Source of the DNA: an uncultured Gammaproteobacteria bacterium
GTDB lineage: Bacteria > Patescibacteriota > Microgenomatia > Levybacterales > GWA1-39-11
DNA length: 64,000 nt
Direction of reading: 5' to 3'
NCBI GenBank assembly: GCA_964409875.1
Contig: CAYPEN010000003.1
Coordinates: 557 to 64,556 of the forward strand
The translations under genes and the position numbers were made by a program. Positions 26,031 to 36,635 of the stretch are shown here, piece after piece. The notes below the pieces were generated by a model, which saw nothing but the letters and a program-made list of their open reading frames with translations, was not told where the DNA came from and did not search any database. Position 1 is the stretch's first letter; each line of letters opens with the position of its first letter.

Positions 26031-27496
26031 CCCGTTTTGTGGCCTCTCATTAGGTCGAGGATTTGGCGGAGTGAATGAGGAAAAGCAATTACTATAAATA
26101 AAAGATACAGTAGGAATGAGATGAAAAGCTTGGCTAACAGATCTCCAAATGATTGTTGAAAAAAGGAATTTGTAATATTCATTACGATGAAAGTTGAAAG
26201 AAATAAGAAAGCACTTGAAATAAGGGTCCGGTTTATGTTGATACGTATGTCTGCTTTTCTACAGAGTAATACATAAGTAAAATAAGTAAGTGCAATAATG
26301 GCAAAAAATCCCATTGCAATACCGCTAAACCCAAAGTAAGTTAGAAGGTAAAATGATCCAAAGAATTCAAAAGCCGTAATTATTGAAACAGAAATTAATA
26401 TTTCTTTAGTTTTCCCAATAGCCATAAGAGCATGTCCTAGAAGGCCGGTGCCGTTCATAAAGAAAATACTTGCAACGTACCAATAGAGAGCGGGTAATGC
26501 ATCTATCCATTTGTCATTTAGGAAATAGTGTATTAAATCTCCCCCATATGCAAACACAGCGACTATAAAATACATTGTTACAATAGTAAGCATGTCAAAA
26601 GCCTTCTCTACAGAGGAAGATATAATACCTTTTTTTTCCTGAATTCTTGAAAATGATGAAAAAGACACTCTTCCCAAGTTATCTATAAAAACCCTTGGAA
26701 AAGAAGCTGTATTATAACTCCAGTCGAGAAATCCGACCTGAAAAAGAGGAATCCTGGGACCGGCAATTACCGGAATTATTGAATTATGAATTATTGTCAG
26801 AAGAAATCCTAATTGAAAATATTTCCCAATATTTACAAAATCCCGTACGTCTTTAAAATCAAAAACAAACAATGGAATGAGAGGTTTGAGGAGAAATGTA
26901 ATAATACTTTCAATAATTGTTTTGACTATTACTGCGATTATAAAGCTCCAAATGCCGAATCCCATTAAAGCTAACAATAGCGACACGGAATAGTAGGAAA
27001 AGATTCCGAAAATATCAATTAGTGCGATTTGTTTATAAGCAAGTTCTCTTTCGAGTAGTGCAGAAATAATATTGGGAAGAGGTTTTAGCAAAAGAGTAAG
27101 TGATAATATGCGCAGTATTACTATTTCTGTTAAAGAGAGCTGGTGATAGAAGGAAATAATTATAGGAGCAAAAATATTTAAAAGTATTACTGTAATGAAG
27201 GTAAGAGCAAATTTAATGTAAAATATTGTTGATAGTTGCCGAACAGTGGGCTCTTCTTTTTTTTGAATTATGGCAAGGTTAAGACCGACATCAGTAAATA
27301 TTTCTGCAGTGCTTAATACAAATGAGAGAATTGCAAACACACCAAAGACAGATGGGGCAAGAAGCCTAACCAGGAGTAATTGACCTGCAACAACAATTAC
27401 TTTAATAACCATCTCTCTTCCTATTAATTGAATTGCCCCGGTTATCGTTTTGCGTTTAATTTCAAAGAGAAGAGCTTTCGAATGAGCTTTTGACAT
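26027..27496 (-). CDS. Wzx-type oligosaccharide flippase
   Basis: RLLAPSVFG, DVGLNLAIIQ, multi-TM MOP family pattern. Confidence 0.88.
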   Translation of the reverse strand: MSKAHSKALLFEIKRKTITGAIQLIGREMVIKVIVVAGQLLLVRLLAPSVFGVFAILSFVLSTAEIFTDVGLNLAIIQKKEEPTVRQLSTIFYIKFALTFITVILLNIFAPIIISFYHQLSLTEIVILRILSLTLLLKPLPNIISALLERELAYKQIALIDIFGIFSYYSVSLLLALMGFGIWSFIIAVIVKTIIESIITFLLKPLIPLFVFDFKDVRDFVNIGKYFQLGFLLTIIHNSIIPVIAGPRIPLFQVGFLDWSYNTASFPRVFIDNLGRVSFSSFSRIQEKKGIISSSVEKAFDMLTIVTMYFIVAVFAYGGDLIHYFLNDKWIDALPALYWYVASIFFMNGTGLLGHALMAIGKTKEILISVSIITAFEFFGSFYLLTYFGFSGIAMGFFAIIALTYFTYVLLCRKADIRININRTLISSAFLFLSTFIVMNITNSFFQQSFGDLLAKLFISFLLYLLFIVIAFPHSLRQILDLMRGHKTG

Positions 27497-27510
27497 AGAG
27501 TAACGAATTT

Positions 27511-28176
27511 TTAAGCTTTGGAATAAGGTACGGCTTTGTTGGTTATCTTTTGGGTTTTGTGTTCCATGCGTTTTAAGTGGGCGATACAGGAGGCAATAAG
27601 ATGACCAACCATCATGTGGGTATCCTCAATCGGGCCATAATGAGATGTTTTTGAGATAATGCTAATATTTGCAATAGTTGCCAACTCCCCTCCTTTTTCA
27701 AAGCCTGTAAATGCGATGACAGTCGCGCCGATTTTTCTTGAGTATTTAACAGCTTTTATTACATTTTTACTGTTTCCGCTTCCTGAAATCGCAATCAGAA
27801 TATCATCCTTTTCTATAAGGTTTCGTAACTGCTGTAAAAAAATTGCATCATATCCAACATCATTGGCATAAGCAGTAATAAGCGCAGTATTGTCAGTCAA
27901 CGAAATAACCTTTATCCTTTTTTCTCTCTCATCGTATATTCTGTTTAGTGTTCCCTTCCCTAAGTCACAGGCCAAATGGGATGCAATACTTGCGCTTCCG
28001 CCGTTACCCAATACATAAATCTTTCTATCATTTTGATATGCTTCAATAATTTTTTCTATCGCTTTTAATATCTGTTTTCCGTTCAATTTTTTTATTGTTT
28101 TTTGCACCTCATCAAAATATGACGTAATTAATTGTGAAATTATTTGAGAAGTAGAAATGTCATTTGTTTTTTTCAT
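27511..28176 (-). CDS. gmhA: Sedoheptulose-7-phosphate isomerase
   Basis: GNGGSA, TAYAND, ISGSGNS, EDTH. Confidence 0.88.
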   Translation of the reverse strand: MKKTNDISTSQIISQLITSYFDEVQKTIKKLNGKQILKAIEKIIEAYQNDRKIYVLGNGGSASIASHLACDLGKGTLNRIYDEREKRIKVISLTDNTALITAYANDVGYDAIFLQQLRNLIEKDDILIAISGSGNSKNVIKAVKYSRKIGATVIAFTGFEKGGELATIANISIISKTSHYGPIEDTHMMVGHLIASCIAHLKRMEHKTQKITNKAVPYSKA

Positions 28177-28177
28177 A

Positions 28178-29161
28178 TTAATTTTCAACAAAAATAATTT
28201 TACTACCTTGATTTTCAAATTCGAATGGAATTGCTCTTAAGTTGGGGAGTGCATTTAATATCGCCCTCTGATATTTTGGCTTTGCGTATAAGAGTAAAAA
28301 ACCGCCGCCACCGGCTCCTAAAATTTTCCCCCCCTCAGCTCCGAGCCTTATTGCTTTTTTGTACCATCTGTCGATAGTATCTGAGCTAATTGACGGTGCA
28401 AGACTTTTTTTTAGATTCCAGTTTTCGTGGAGCAGCATTCCGAATTCGGATATTCTGTTGCGAGAAAGTTCATTGTGCATCTTCCGAGCAATAATTACCA
28501 TGCTTTCAATTGTTTGAAAGTTTATTTCCTTTTGTGCTAGATTTTTCTTTTGTTCCTCTAAAATCTTATTGGAAGAACGGGTAAGCCCGGTATATAAAAG
28601 TAATAAATTTTTTTGAAGAGATGTTTTTGTTGCAGCATTCATGACAATTTGAGTATTAAATACACTTTCGTCCGGTAAAAATCTGAAGTATTGGAATCCT
28701 CCATACGCCGCACAGTATTGATCCTGTTTTCCGATGGGGCTTTTCAACATTTTTATTTCAATTTCACATGCCTCTCTAGCAAGTTTTTCCGCCCCGACAA
28801 AAATATTGTTATACGAGTATAAAGCATTCAGAAGTCCGACAGTAAAACTACTCGAGGAGCCAAGCCCTGTCCCTTCTGAAGGAATATCGGAAATTGATGT
28901 GATTTCTATTCCACCCTTTATTCCAACCTTTTTTAGACATTCACGGATGATGGGGTGTTGTAATTCGGAAACTTTGTTTACGATTTCTGTTTTCGAATAG
29001 CTTGCACGAATACTATCATCAAACTTTTTGTTAACTGCGATGTAAATATATTTGTTAATTGCTGTTGTGACAACGCCACCTTCTTTTTTTAAATAATAAT
29101 TTGAAATATCGCTGCCTCCACCTACGAAACTAATTCGAAGAGGTGTTCTTGATATAATCAT
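28178..29161 (-). CDS. hddA: D-glycero-alpha-D-manno-heptose-7-phosphate kinase (GHMP)
   Basis: TPLRISFVGGGSD, GLGSSS, GKQDQY, GAGGGG. Confidence 0.9.
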   Translation of the reverse strand: MIISRTPLRISFVGGGSDISNYYLKKEGGVVTTAINKYIYIAVNKKFDDSIRASYSKTEIVNKVSELQHPIIRECLKKVGIKGGIEITSISDIPSEGTGLGSSSSFTVGLLNALYSYNNIFVGAEKLAREACEIEIKMLKSPIGKQDQYCAAYGGFQYFRFLPDESVFNTQIVMNAATKTSLQKNLLLLYTGLTRSSNKILEEQKKNLAQKEINFQTIESMVIIARKMHNELSRNRISEFGMLLHENWNLKKSLAPSISSDTIDRWYKKAIRLGAEGGKILGAGGGGFLLLYAKPKYQRAILNALPNLRAIPFEFENQGSKIIFVEN

Positions 29162-29859
29162 TTTTTTAGCAATTCATGGACCTTTCTTAGTCTGTCGGGA
29201 GTGCCAATGTCCATCATGAATTCTGAAGTATTATAACAGAAAATCTTTCCCCGTCTTCCTAAAAGATGAGGGAGAAGATCGTGTGCAATGTCATATGGCT
29301 TTGTGAGATTGAGATAATTCTTAATGGCAGGATTTACGATGTATAATGCTGAGAGATTAAATGGACGTTGGGGAATAATTTTGTGCGGTTTTATTAATAT
29401 GGAACGTAGTTCATTATTATTGTCAAATTCGATCAGATCACTATCCTCAGGATGTGTAGACGGATGTACAGCAGCTGTAATAATACCATTATGCTTTAAA
29501 TGAAATCGAAGCATTTTTTTATAGTTAACAAAAGAAACAACATCTCCATAGATAATAAGAGTATTATCATCGAGAAATTCCATTAAGGGTTCTAATGCCC
29601 CGCCTGTTCCCAAAAGTTTTGCTTCATGAGAATACGTAATGTTTAATCCATATCTTCTTCCATCGCCAAAGTAATCCATGATTATTCTTGAGAGATGGTG
29701 AACAGTAATACATATATCCTTAACCCCAGCTTCTTTTAGTTGTTGAATATGGAGAAGAAGCAACGGTTTTCCGTTTATCTCAACCATTGGTTTTGGAATT
29801 TTGCTTGAAATATCCGGTAGTCTGGTTCCTTTACCGGCGCAGTGAATGATAGCCTTCAT
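29158..29859 (-). CDS. Sugar-1-phosphate nucleotidyltransferase (HddC-like)
   Basis: AGKGTRL, PKPM, LGTGG, DIGTP; heptose operon context. Confidence 0.85.
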   Translation of the reverse strand: MKAIIHCAGKGTRLPDISSKIPKPMVEINGKPLLLLHIQQLKEAGVKDICITVHHLSRIIMDYFGDGRRYGLNITYSHEAKLLGTGGALEPLMEFLDDNTLIIYGDVVSFVNYKKMLRFHLKHNGIITAAVHPSTHPEDSDLIEFDNNNELRSILIKPHKIIPQRPFNLSALYIVNPAIKNYLNLTKPYDIAHDLLPHLLGRRGKIFCYNTSEFMMDIGTPDRLRKVHELLKK

Positions 29860-30443
29860 AAATTTAAGAGATTATCGACGCACTCAAGAAAATTGTCGGA
29901 GACAAAATCGGGAACAGCATTGCACGTTCCATCTCCCCCTTTGTATCCGGTTTTGACGAGAGATGTTGGGATATGTGCATTCTTGCCAAATTGAATGTCT
30001 CTCGTTGTGTCTCCGATAATTCCTATTACTTTTTTTATACCAAAATCTTTTTTTGCGTGTTTGAAGAGCAGGATATTCGGTTTTCTGCAATGGCATCGAA
30101 CCTTATACTTTTGATTTGGTGCCTCGGGATGATGAGGGCATGAATAGACTGCATCGATATATGCATCTTTTAAAGCAAGCATGCTAACAAAGTGAGAGTT
30201 CAATTCCGCTAGCGCTTTTAATGTTAATAAATTATGGCCGACTACCGGTTGATTTGTAACGACAATTACCGCAATGCCATTTTTGTTCAGTATTTTGATG
30301 CCGTCAATAACTTTCGGCAAGATTTTTAAATGTTTCTTTTCATTCAAATATCCGACTTCGTCACAAAGAGTGCCATCTCTATCAACGAAGATAATTCCCT
30401 TGTAATTATGAGAGTTTCTAAATATCTGTTTAAGATATGCCAT
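29856..30443 (-). CDS. gmhB: Heptose-1,7-bisphosphate phosphatase (HAD-IIIA)
   Basis: DRDGTL, TNQ, CPHHP, CRKP, IGD. Confidence 0.9.
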   Translation of the reverse strand: MAYLKQIFRNSHNYKGIIFVDRDGTLCDEVGYLNEKKHLKILPKVIDGIKILNKNGIAVIVVTNQPVVGHNLLTLKALAELNSHFVSMLALKDAYIDAVYSCPHHPEAPNQKYKVRCHCRKPNILLFKHAKKDFGIKKVIGIIGDTTRDIQFGKNAHIPTSLVKTGYKGGDGTCNAVPDFVSDNFLECVDNLLNL

Positions 30444-30445
30444 AT

Positions 30446-31816
30446 TTAGTTACCGATGATATTGTTATTTATAATATATTCAAAGAGAGTATCGGCGACT
30501 ATCTTATTACTTTTTGCCGGGTAAAAGTGAAAGTCATCAGAAAAGTATTCTTCGCTCTTGGGAATTTTTTCCTCAATATCGACGTACGGAACATTTTCGT
30601 TATGTGCAATTTCTTTAGTCGCTTCATTAAATTGGCGTATCCCTTTTATAAGTGAAGATATGTTTGGATATGTATTCTTTGTTCTGCAGACCCATTCCAG
30701 ATCCCACGAATGTGACTTATCAAGTTTAGCATTATAAAGATAGGGTTGGTTGCCAAGAATTAACTTTACACCGTCCTCTCTGGTGATTTTTATTAGGCTC
30801 ATTAAGTTCCTTTTATAAGAATCTATACTTTTAAAAGTCATATCTATTGGTTTTCCTGGAGGTTTGGAAAGTGATCTTGCATTTTTTCCATAATTCTTAA
30901 AATCCGAATATAATATATTGCTTATGATAAATTTTAGAAAATCAAGAGTTAATAAATTAATCGTTTTTTGTGGCGAGTAGAAATAATTAAAAACGGTGAT
31001 TAATGGACCAAACTTATGTGAATAGTCACTTTTATACTTGCCGAAAGTATCATTTCCGATATCAGCACATGAAGCTGCCATATCATTTGCCCCCTGCCAA
31101 ACAATGAGAAGGTTAGGATGAAAATCCTTAATCTTAAAAAGATATTGTATTATCGAATGCTCAGAATTGTAATATCTTACTTCGGCATTAAGTACTTCAA
31201 TTTTCTTATCGGGAAAGTAAAGTTGAAGACGCTTTTCCAGTAACCGCGAAGAATTTTCTTCATAAGGCGTAAATTCATTAAGAACAGTTGATCCACCTAA
31301 TATAAAAATTCTATACGTATTTGTTGGTTTTGTTATTTTTATTTCTTCTCCTCGAAAACCCTCGTCATCAATATGTAATTGAGGTCGTGTTTCATTGTCT
31401 TTTTTTGTGTTTTGTAATTGAAGGAAAGGATGGAAATCTTCCTTCGGCAATGTTTGTTGTGTTGAGAGACGGATATTGTGATTCCGAAGATATGATTCAG
31501 ATATGAAAAGTGATATTAACAATGCGATTATTAGAAGAGCAACTTTTTGATTTATTCCAAAATTTAAGCAATGTTTACCGATATGAATTTGGGAAATTCT
31601 GAAAAAGAAAGCAAGTATTAACTTGAATATCAAAAAAAATAAAGGGAAAGCAACAAGCAAGATAAAATATGAAAGCGAGTATTTGGCAAAAATAGTTCCG
31701 TTGTGTGAGGTGTGGAATATAAGACCTAAGTAAATAAATATGAATATATAAAAGAATAGAATGTTACTTCCATTAAACCTTCCGCTTTTTTTATTTTGCT
31801 TTTGCATAAATTTCAA
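30446..31816 (-). CDS. Membrane-anchored SGNH/GDSL hydrolase or acyltransferase
   Basis: 3 TM, GFRG, LGGS, QGAND, DDFH. Confidence 0.82.
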   Translation of the reverse strand: MKFMQKQNKKSGRFNGSNILFFYIFIFIYLGLIFHTSHNGTIFAKYSLSYFILLVAFPLFFLIFKLILAFFFRISQIHIGKHCLNFGINQKVALLIIALLISLFISESYLRNHNIRLSTQQTLPKEDFHPFLQLQNTKKDNETRPQLHIDDEGFRGEEIKITKPTNTYRIFILGGSTVLNEFTPYEENSSRLLEKRLQLYFPDKKIEVLNAEVRYYNSEHSIIQYLFKIKDFHPNLLIVWQGANDMAASCADIGNDTFGKYKSDYSHKFGPLITVFNYFYSPQKTINLLTLDFLKFIISNILYSDFKNYGKNARSLSKPPGKPIDMTFKSIDSYKRNLMSLIKITREDGVKLILGNQPYLYNAKLDKSHSWDLEWVCRTKNTYPNISSLIKGIRQFNEATKEIAHNENVPYVDIEEKIPKSEEYFSDDFHFYPAKSNKIVADTLFEYIINNNIIGN

Positions 31817-32690
31817 TCATCGAACCTTTATTAAATAAATTAAGTACCGAATATCCATATTTACAAATGTAATTCTCAAAAATGAGTTTTTTGATACTTT
31901 GATTTTTTTGTGTGATCCTTTTCTTTTTGATGGGCTTAATCCTAGGAGAATTTGACTGTTGATTTTTCCCTTCCCTTAAAGCACGGTAAATTCCTCCAAG
32001 GTCCATAGGATATCCATATGTGGTAATTCTAATTATTTCAAATCCGTTTTTTTCTAGAATCTTTTTTAATGTTTCGGGTGAATAATATACAAGGTGCTCT
32101 GGAGGGATGAAATAGTTAAAGCGCTCCCCCAATACTTTATGAAGCCAACTGTTTATGTTTGGCGTTGATATGCATATTATGCCGTTGGGTTTTAGGAGAG
32201 TCCTTATTTTTTTTAATAAACTGTGAGGAGCTGATAGATGTTCAATTACCTGTTGAAGAGACACGACATCAAATTGTCGCTTTGTTTGGTACTTATTAAA
32301 ATCTTTTTGAATCACATTTAATTTTAGTTTTTGCCTGGCATATTCAATCGGTTTTTTCGCAGTATCAATTCCCGTTGTGCTCCATCCTTTATTTCTTGCT
32401 TCATCCATGAAAAACCCAGCTCCACAACCGATATCTAAAAGTTCACCGTTTTGAAATCCCAATGTATCTAAATTTCTTAAACTTCGCTTTGCATCCATTC
32501 TTAAATTGCCCTCAAACGAAAAACCGTCAGCAAATGAGAAATTTTTGTAGTAGACGTCAAGATTCTTTTGTGAAGGGATAGGGTGCGTTGAGATCAGACC
32601 GCAGCGGTTGCATTTATTGATTGAGTAACCCTTAATGGCGTAAAGTCTATGATATTTTTTTCTTCCGCAAAGTATACATTTATTATCCAT
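31791..32690 (-). CDS. Class I SAM-dependent methyltransferase with N-terminal CxxC pairs
   Basis: LDIGCGAG, VIEHL, STPN, PPEH. Confidence 0.88.
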   Translation of the reverse strand: MDNKCILCGRKKYHRLYAIKGYSINKCNRCGLISTHPIPSQKNLDVYYKNFSFADGFSFEGNLRMDAKRSLRNLDTLGFQNGELLDIGCGAGFFMDEARNKGWSTTGIDTAKKPIEYARQKLKLNVIQKDFNKYQTKRQFDVVSLQQVIEHLSAPHSLLKKIRTLLKPNGIICISTPNINSWLHKVLGERFNYFIPPEHLVYYSPETLKKILEKNGFEIIRITTYGYPMDLGGIYRALREGKNQQSNSPRIKPIKKKRITQKNQSIKKLIFENYICKYGYSVLNLFNKGSMIEIYAKAK

Positions 32691-33555
32691 GGGTTTGTAA
32701 GAATGTACGGATTTTCCGATACAGAATTCTCAAGTTATGTTTTATCTCAAGGAAAAATGCATATTTTTTCATGAATTTCATTCTTTGGGATTCGCTAATA
32801 ATCATACTTCTGTATTTTGTACGATTCTCCTGGATATATTGGGGGAGAAAATTGACTGGAATGATATTAAATTTATCGCCGTGATTCAGAAAATCTTTTT
32901 TTTCAAGCATCGCTCTTAGTATCTTTTCTTTTGTATTATATTTGTCGTTATTAAATTCCTGGTGTGAACCGGTTGCCATTTTTTCACGAATTTTTTTTAT
33001 TCCGCCCATATATGAAAAATGCCAACCGCCGTCACGTACTATGACATTATTAGGACTATGCCTTATTACATAAGCATCTTGGTATTTAACAAAGTCGCGA
33101 TACTTTAACATTTTGGGTCCTAACCATTTTCTATTAGTAGAGCGGAAATTTAAATAATAGTAGAAAAATTGCTGTTCAAAAACTTTTAGTTTGCCCGGTT
33201 TTTTAATAAATTCAGTAATTTTTAGGGGATTTGGAATTTCGTCTAAATTGGAAATAATAATAGTATCATTATCTTCTGCAGTTGTTAATCCTCGCGCAGC
33301 GGCCGCCATCAAAAAATGCTCAATTATCCATGGATGGGACACATTGGGACTGTCACGAACTACAACATGAATAATTTTATCATGAAATTTACTGTATCTT
33401 TTTTTATTTTCTTGATAATAAAGGGGTTTTTTAATATTTGTATACGTTCTGTTGCTTTCGATAAGAACAAATTTATCAACATGCCTGTCAAGAATGTTTA
33501 GTCGTATTTCTAAAAGATCAAGTTCATTATAAAAAGTAAAACAATCAAACACCAT
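32683..33555 (-). CDS. Glycosyltransferase family 17-like
   Basis: DCFTFYNELDLLEIRL, SNLDEIP, GGWHFSY. Confidence 0.85.
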   Translation of the reverse strand: MVFDCFTFYNELDLLEIRLNILDRHVDKFVLIESNRTYTNIKKPLYYQENKKRYSKFHDKIIHVVVRDSPNVSHPWIIEHFLMAAAARGLTTAEDNDTIIISNLDEIPNPLKITEFIKKPGKLKVFEQQFFYYYLNFRSTNRKWLGPKMLKYRDFVKYQDAYVIRHSPNNVIVRDGGWHFSYMGGIKKIREKMATGSHQEFNNDKYNTKEKILRAMLEKKDFLNHGDKFNIIPVNFLPQYIQENRTKYRSMIISESQRMKFMKKYAFFLEIKHNLRILYRKIRTFLQTHG

Positions 33556-33556
33556 A

Positions 33557-34528
33557 TTACGTGCCTCTCAATTCCTTCAAAATTTCTATTACAGTTTTTT
33601 TCACTGCTTCTGTTGACGAATATTTTGCTTTCCAACCGGTCTTTACAATTTTTGTATTATCCATTCTTATTACAGGAACATCACCCGGCCATCCACCTTT
33701 TCCTTTGGTGTGCGATATTTTTACATTTTTGAGATTCATAGTTCTTATCACAATGTCTGCAATAGTGTTAACGGTAATAAAATCGTCGGAAGAAACATTA
33801 TAAATATTAACCATATCGTGTCCTTTCTCAATTCCAAAAAAAACAGCCTCCAAAAGATCGTCAACATATACATATGACTTGCTCTGTTTCCCGTCCCCTA
33901 GTATCTCAAGCTCTTTTGGGTTTTTGATTAATTTGTTCACGAAGTCAAAGGTAACTCCATGTGTTGCCCTATTTCCTATGATGTTCGCAGGGCGAAATAT
34001 GTAAGCTTTTATCCCGTAGAGATGTGAGTATGCACTTATTAGTCCTTCCGCAGATAATTTCGTTGCTCCGTACATAGAAATTGGAAGTAACGGACCATAA
34101 CTTTCTTTTGTAAATGTTTTTCCGACGTCGCCGTAGATTCCACTTCCAGAAAAATAAACCAAGTTTTTAATATTTTTTTTCCTCATTGTTTCTAAGAGGT
34201 TAAATGTTGCAATGATTGTTTGATTAAAATCAAGCGTTGGATCTAAAAAACCTTTTGAAACATCAGCGTTTGCTGACAAATGAAATACCATGTCGGTGTC
34301 TTTTGGAAGAGATTTAAAAAACGTTTCCTTTTCCAACATGTCCGCTTGCATTAATGTGAAAAATTCGTTGTTAATTGATGTATTTAGGAATTCTTTTTTT
34401 CCTGAAGAAAAGTTATCATACACCGTAGTCTTTCTTCTGTATGCAACTAGTAAGTCTGTCAGATGACTTCCTATAAAACCAGCTCCACCGGTAATAAATA
34501 TTTTTTGAATTTTATTGTCAAGTAACAT
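33557..34528 (-). CDS. NAD-dependent epimerase/dehydratase
   Basis: GGAGFIG, YGATK, GDV. Confidence 0.92.
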   Translation of the reverse strand: MLLDNKIQKIFITGGAGFIGSHLTDLLVAYRRKTTVYDNFSSGKKEFLNTSINNEFFTLMQADMLEKETFFKSLPKDTDMVFHLSANADVSKGFLDPTLDFNQTIIATFNLLETMRKKNIKNLVYFSGSGIYGDVGKTFTKESYGPLLPISMYGATKLSAEGLISAYSHLYGIKAYIFRPANIIGNRATHGVTFDFVNKLIKNPKELEILGDGKQSKSYVYVDDLLEAVFFGIEKGHDMVNIYNVSSDDFITVNTIADIVIRTMNLKNVKISHTKGKGGWPGDVPVIRMDNTKIVKTGWKAKYSSTEAVKKTVIEILKELRGT

Positions 34529-34600
34529 TTCTTTTGAATTTTCTTTGTATTATAGCATTATCATAATTGTTGTTGTGTGTTACAATCTGGTTTGTAATTT

Positions 34601-35500
34601 ATGGGAAAAAAAGTATTCTGTATTGTTCTTAATTGGAACGGAAAGCAATATCTTAAGAAATGTTTAGATTCCATTTTTGAGAGTTCATATAAAAATTTAA
34701 CGGTAGTTGTAGTCGACAATTTTTCTAATGATGGTTCATGTGATTTTATAAAGAAAAATTACAAGAAAGTGATATTGATTCAAAATCATTCAAATCTTGG
34801 GTGGACCGGAGGTAACAATAGAGGCATAAAATATGCCCTAAAACAAAAGGCTGATATCATTTTTATTCTTAACAACGACACTCAAATCGACAAAAAATGT
34901 ATTGAAGAGTTGGTAAAGGAAATTACCAGGCATGACGAGACAGGAATAGTTGGTCCAAAAATCCTTTTGAGTACAAATGGGAGAAAAACTAATCGCATAT
35001 CATTTGCAGGAGGAAAATTTACCTCGAATAGGTATTTCGGTGTACATATTGGCAACAACAAAGTTGATGATAAGACATATAGAAAGGTAAAACAGACGCA
35101 GTTTATAACTGGTGCCGCAATAATGATAAAAAGAGAGGTTTTTAAGAGAGCAGGTCTTTTTGATGATAATTATTTTATCTATTATGATGAGGCAGACTTT
35201 TGCATACGTGCAAAAAAACTAGGGTTTAAAATTTATTTTGTTCCAACTGCGTACGCGTATCATGAATTTTCAGGAACAGTTGAATTAAATTCTCCTTTCC
35301 AGAATTACTACACGACTAGGAATCACTATCTTTTTGTAGAAAAAAATGCCCCTCTGAAAGTGAAATTGCGAGAGTTTGTAAGAACGCCAAAAACAGCCTA
35401 TGAATTTTTCAGAAATAAAGATAAAAATAAAAGAATGTATTCACTTTTAGGAATCAGGGATTACTATCTACGAAGGTTTGGAAAGCGCGTTTATTGGTAG
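34601..35500 (+). CDS. Glycosyltransferase family 2 (rhamnosyltransferase-like)
   Basis: LNWN, VDNFSND, LNND, GAA, DEAD. Confidence 0.9.
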   Translation: MGKKVFCIVLNWNGKQYLKKCLDSIFESSYKNLTVVVVDNFSNDGSCDFIKKNYKKVILIQNHSNLGWTGGNNRGIKYALKQKADIIFILNNDTQIDKKCIEELVKEITRHDETGIVGPKILLSTNGRKTNRISFAGGKFTSNRYFGVHIGNNKVDDKTYRKVKQTQFITGAAIMIKREVFKRAGLFDDNYFIYYDEADFCIRAKKLGFKIYFVPTAYAYHEFSGTVELNSPFQNYYTTRNHYLFVEKNAPLKVKLREFVRTPKTAYEFFRNKDKNKRMYSLLGIRDYYLRRFGKRVYW

Positions 35501-35503
35501 ATT

Positions 35504-36613
35504 ATGAAAATTGCTGTGTTTCATGAACTGCCCTATGGTGGTGCTCGAAGAGTTGTAAATGATTTTTCGAAAGAACTTAAGAAGAAACACCAAGTTGATT
35601 TATATATAATAGACAACAAAAAAAATACCGATGAAAGAAAATATTATTCAAAGGTATATTTTTATAAATTTAACGAACAGGAATGGAATGGCCGCAATTG
35701 GAAGGCAAAACTGTATAAAGACACATTCGAGATTTACCGCATTTACAAAAAGCACCGAAAAATTTCAAACGACATTGATAAAAGAAAGTATGATATTGTT
35801 ATTGTACACCCTTCCAAATTTACTCAAGCCCCATTTGTTTTGCGATTTTTGAAAACAAAAAAGGTATATTATGCACACGAAGCATATAGAATAATGTACG
35901 AGAAATACTTTCGCATTAAAGAGTCGGGCAATTTCTTAAAAGACATCTATGAAATTCTAACGCGAAGAATAAAAAAAGCGATTGATAAAAGAAATTCGGC
36001 AAGTGCTCCCACAATTTTTGTTAATTCCGAGAACACAAAAAAAAATATACTTAGATTTTATTCAAGAAAGAGCACTGTCTGCTATCCAGGTATTGATACG
36101 GCATTATTTAAAGTAAAAAAAATAAAAAAAACAATTGATGTTTTATTTATCGGTTCAACGGCTGATAACACCGATGGTTTTTTCGATTTAAAAAATGCAT
36201 TAGATATTATCAAGAAAAAAATTAAGCTTGAGGTGGTTGGGAGAGGAGAGGGATGGATTGATGATAGGAAATTACAGCTTTTGTATGCACGGTCGAAAGT
36301 TGTATTTTGCGGAGCACATAATGAACCGTTTGGTCTAATACCATTGGAAGCAATATTTAGTGGCAGCAGTGTATTGGCTGTGAATGAGGGAGGATACAAA
36401 GAAACATACATGAAAGGAAAGACTGTTCTTGTAGAAAGAAAAGTGGAAGTTATTGCAAATGCGTTAGAAAAAATGTTAAGAAGAAGAAAAATTAATATAG
36501 ACACGGAAAAGATAGCTGCAAAATGGAGCCTGAGTGTGCGCACAAAAAAACTTGAGAAGGAAATTAAAACTATCGTACAAACACAAAAAAAATTTAGGAA
36601 AAACGGTAAGTAG
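35504..36613 (+). CDS. Glycosyltransferase family 4
   Basis: GGA, YPGID, EPFGLIPLEA. Confidence 0.9.
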   Translation: MKIAVFHELPYGGARRVVNDFSKELKKKHQVDLYIIDNKKNTDERKYYSKVYFYKFNEQEWNGRNWKAKLYKDTFEIYRIYKKHRKISNDIDKRKYDIVIVHPSKFTQAPFVLRFLKTKKVYYAHEAYRIMYEKYFRIKESGNFLKDIYEILTRRIKKAIDKRNSASAPTIFVNSENTKKNILRFYSRKSTVCYPGIDTALFKVKKIKKTIDVLFIGSTADNTDGFFDLKNALDIIKKKIKLEVVGRGEGWIDDRKLQLLYARSKVVFCGAHNEPFGLIPLEAIFSGSSVLAVNEGGYKETYMKGKTVLVERKVEVIANALEKMLRRRKINIDTEKIAAKWSLSVRTKKLEKEIKTIVQTQKKFRKNGK

Positions 36614-36635
36614 TCTGTGCTATAATTCGGAATAA

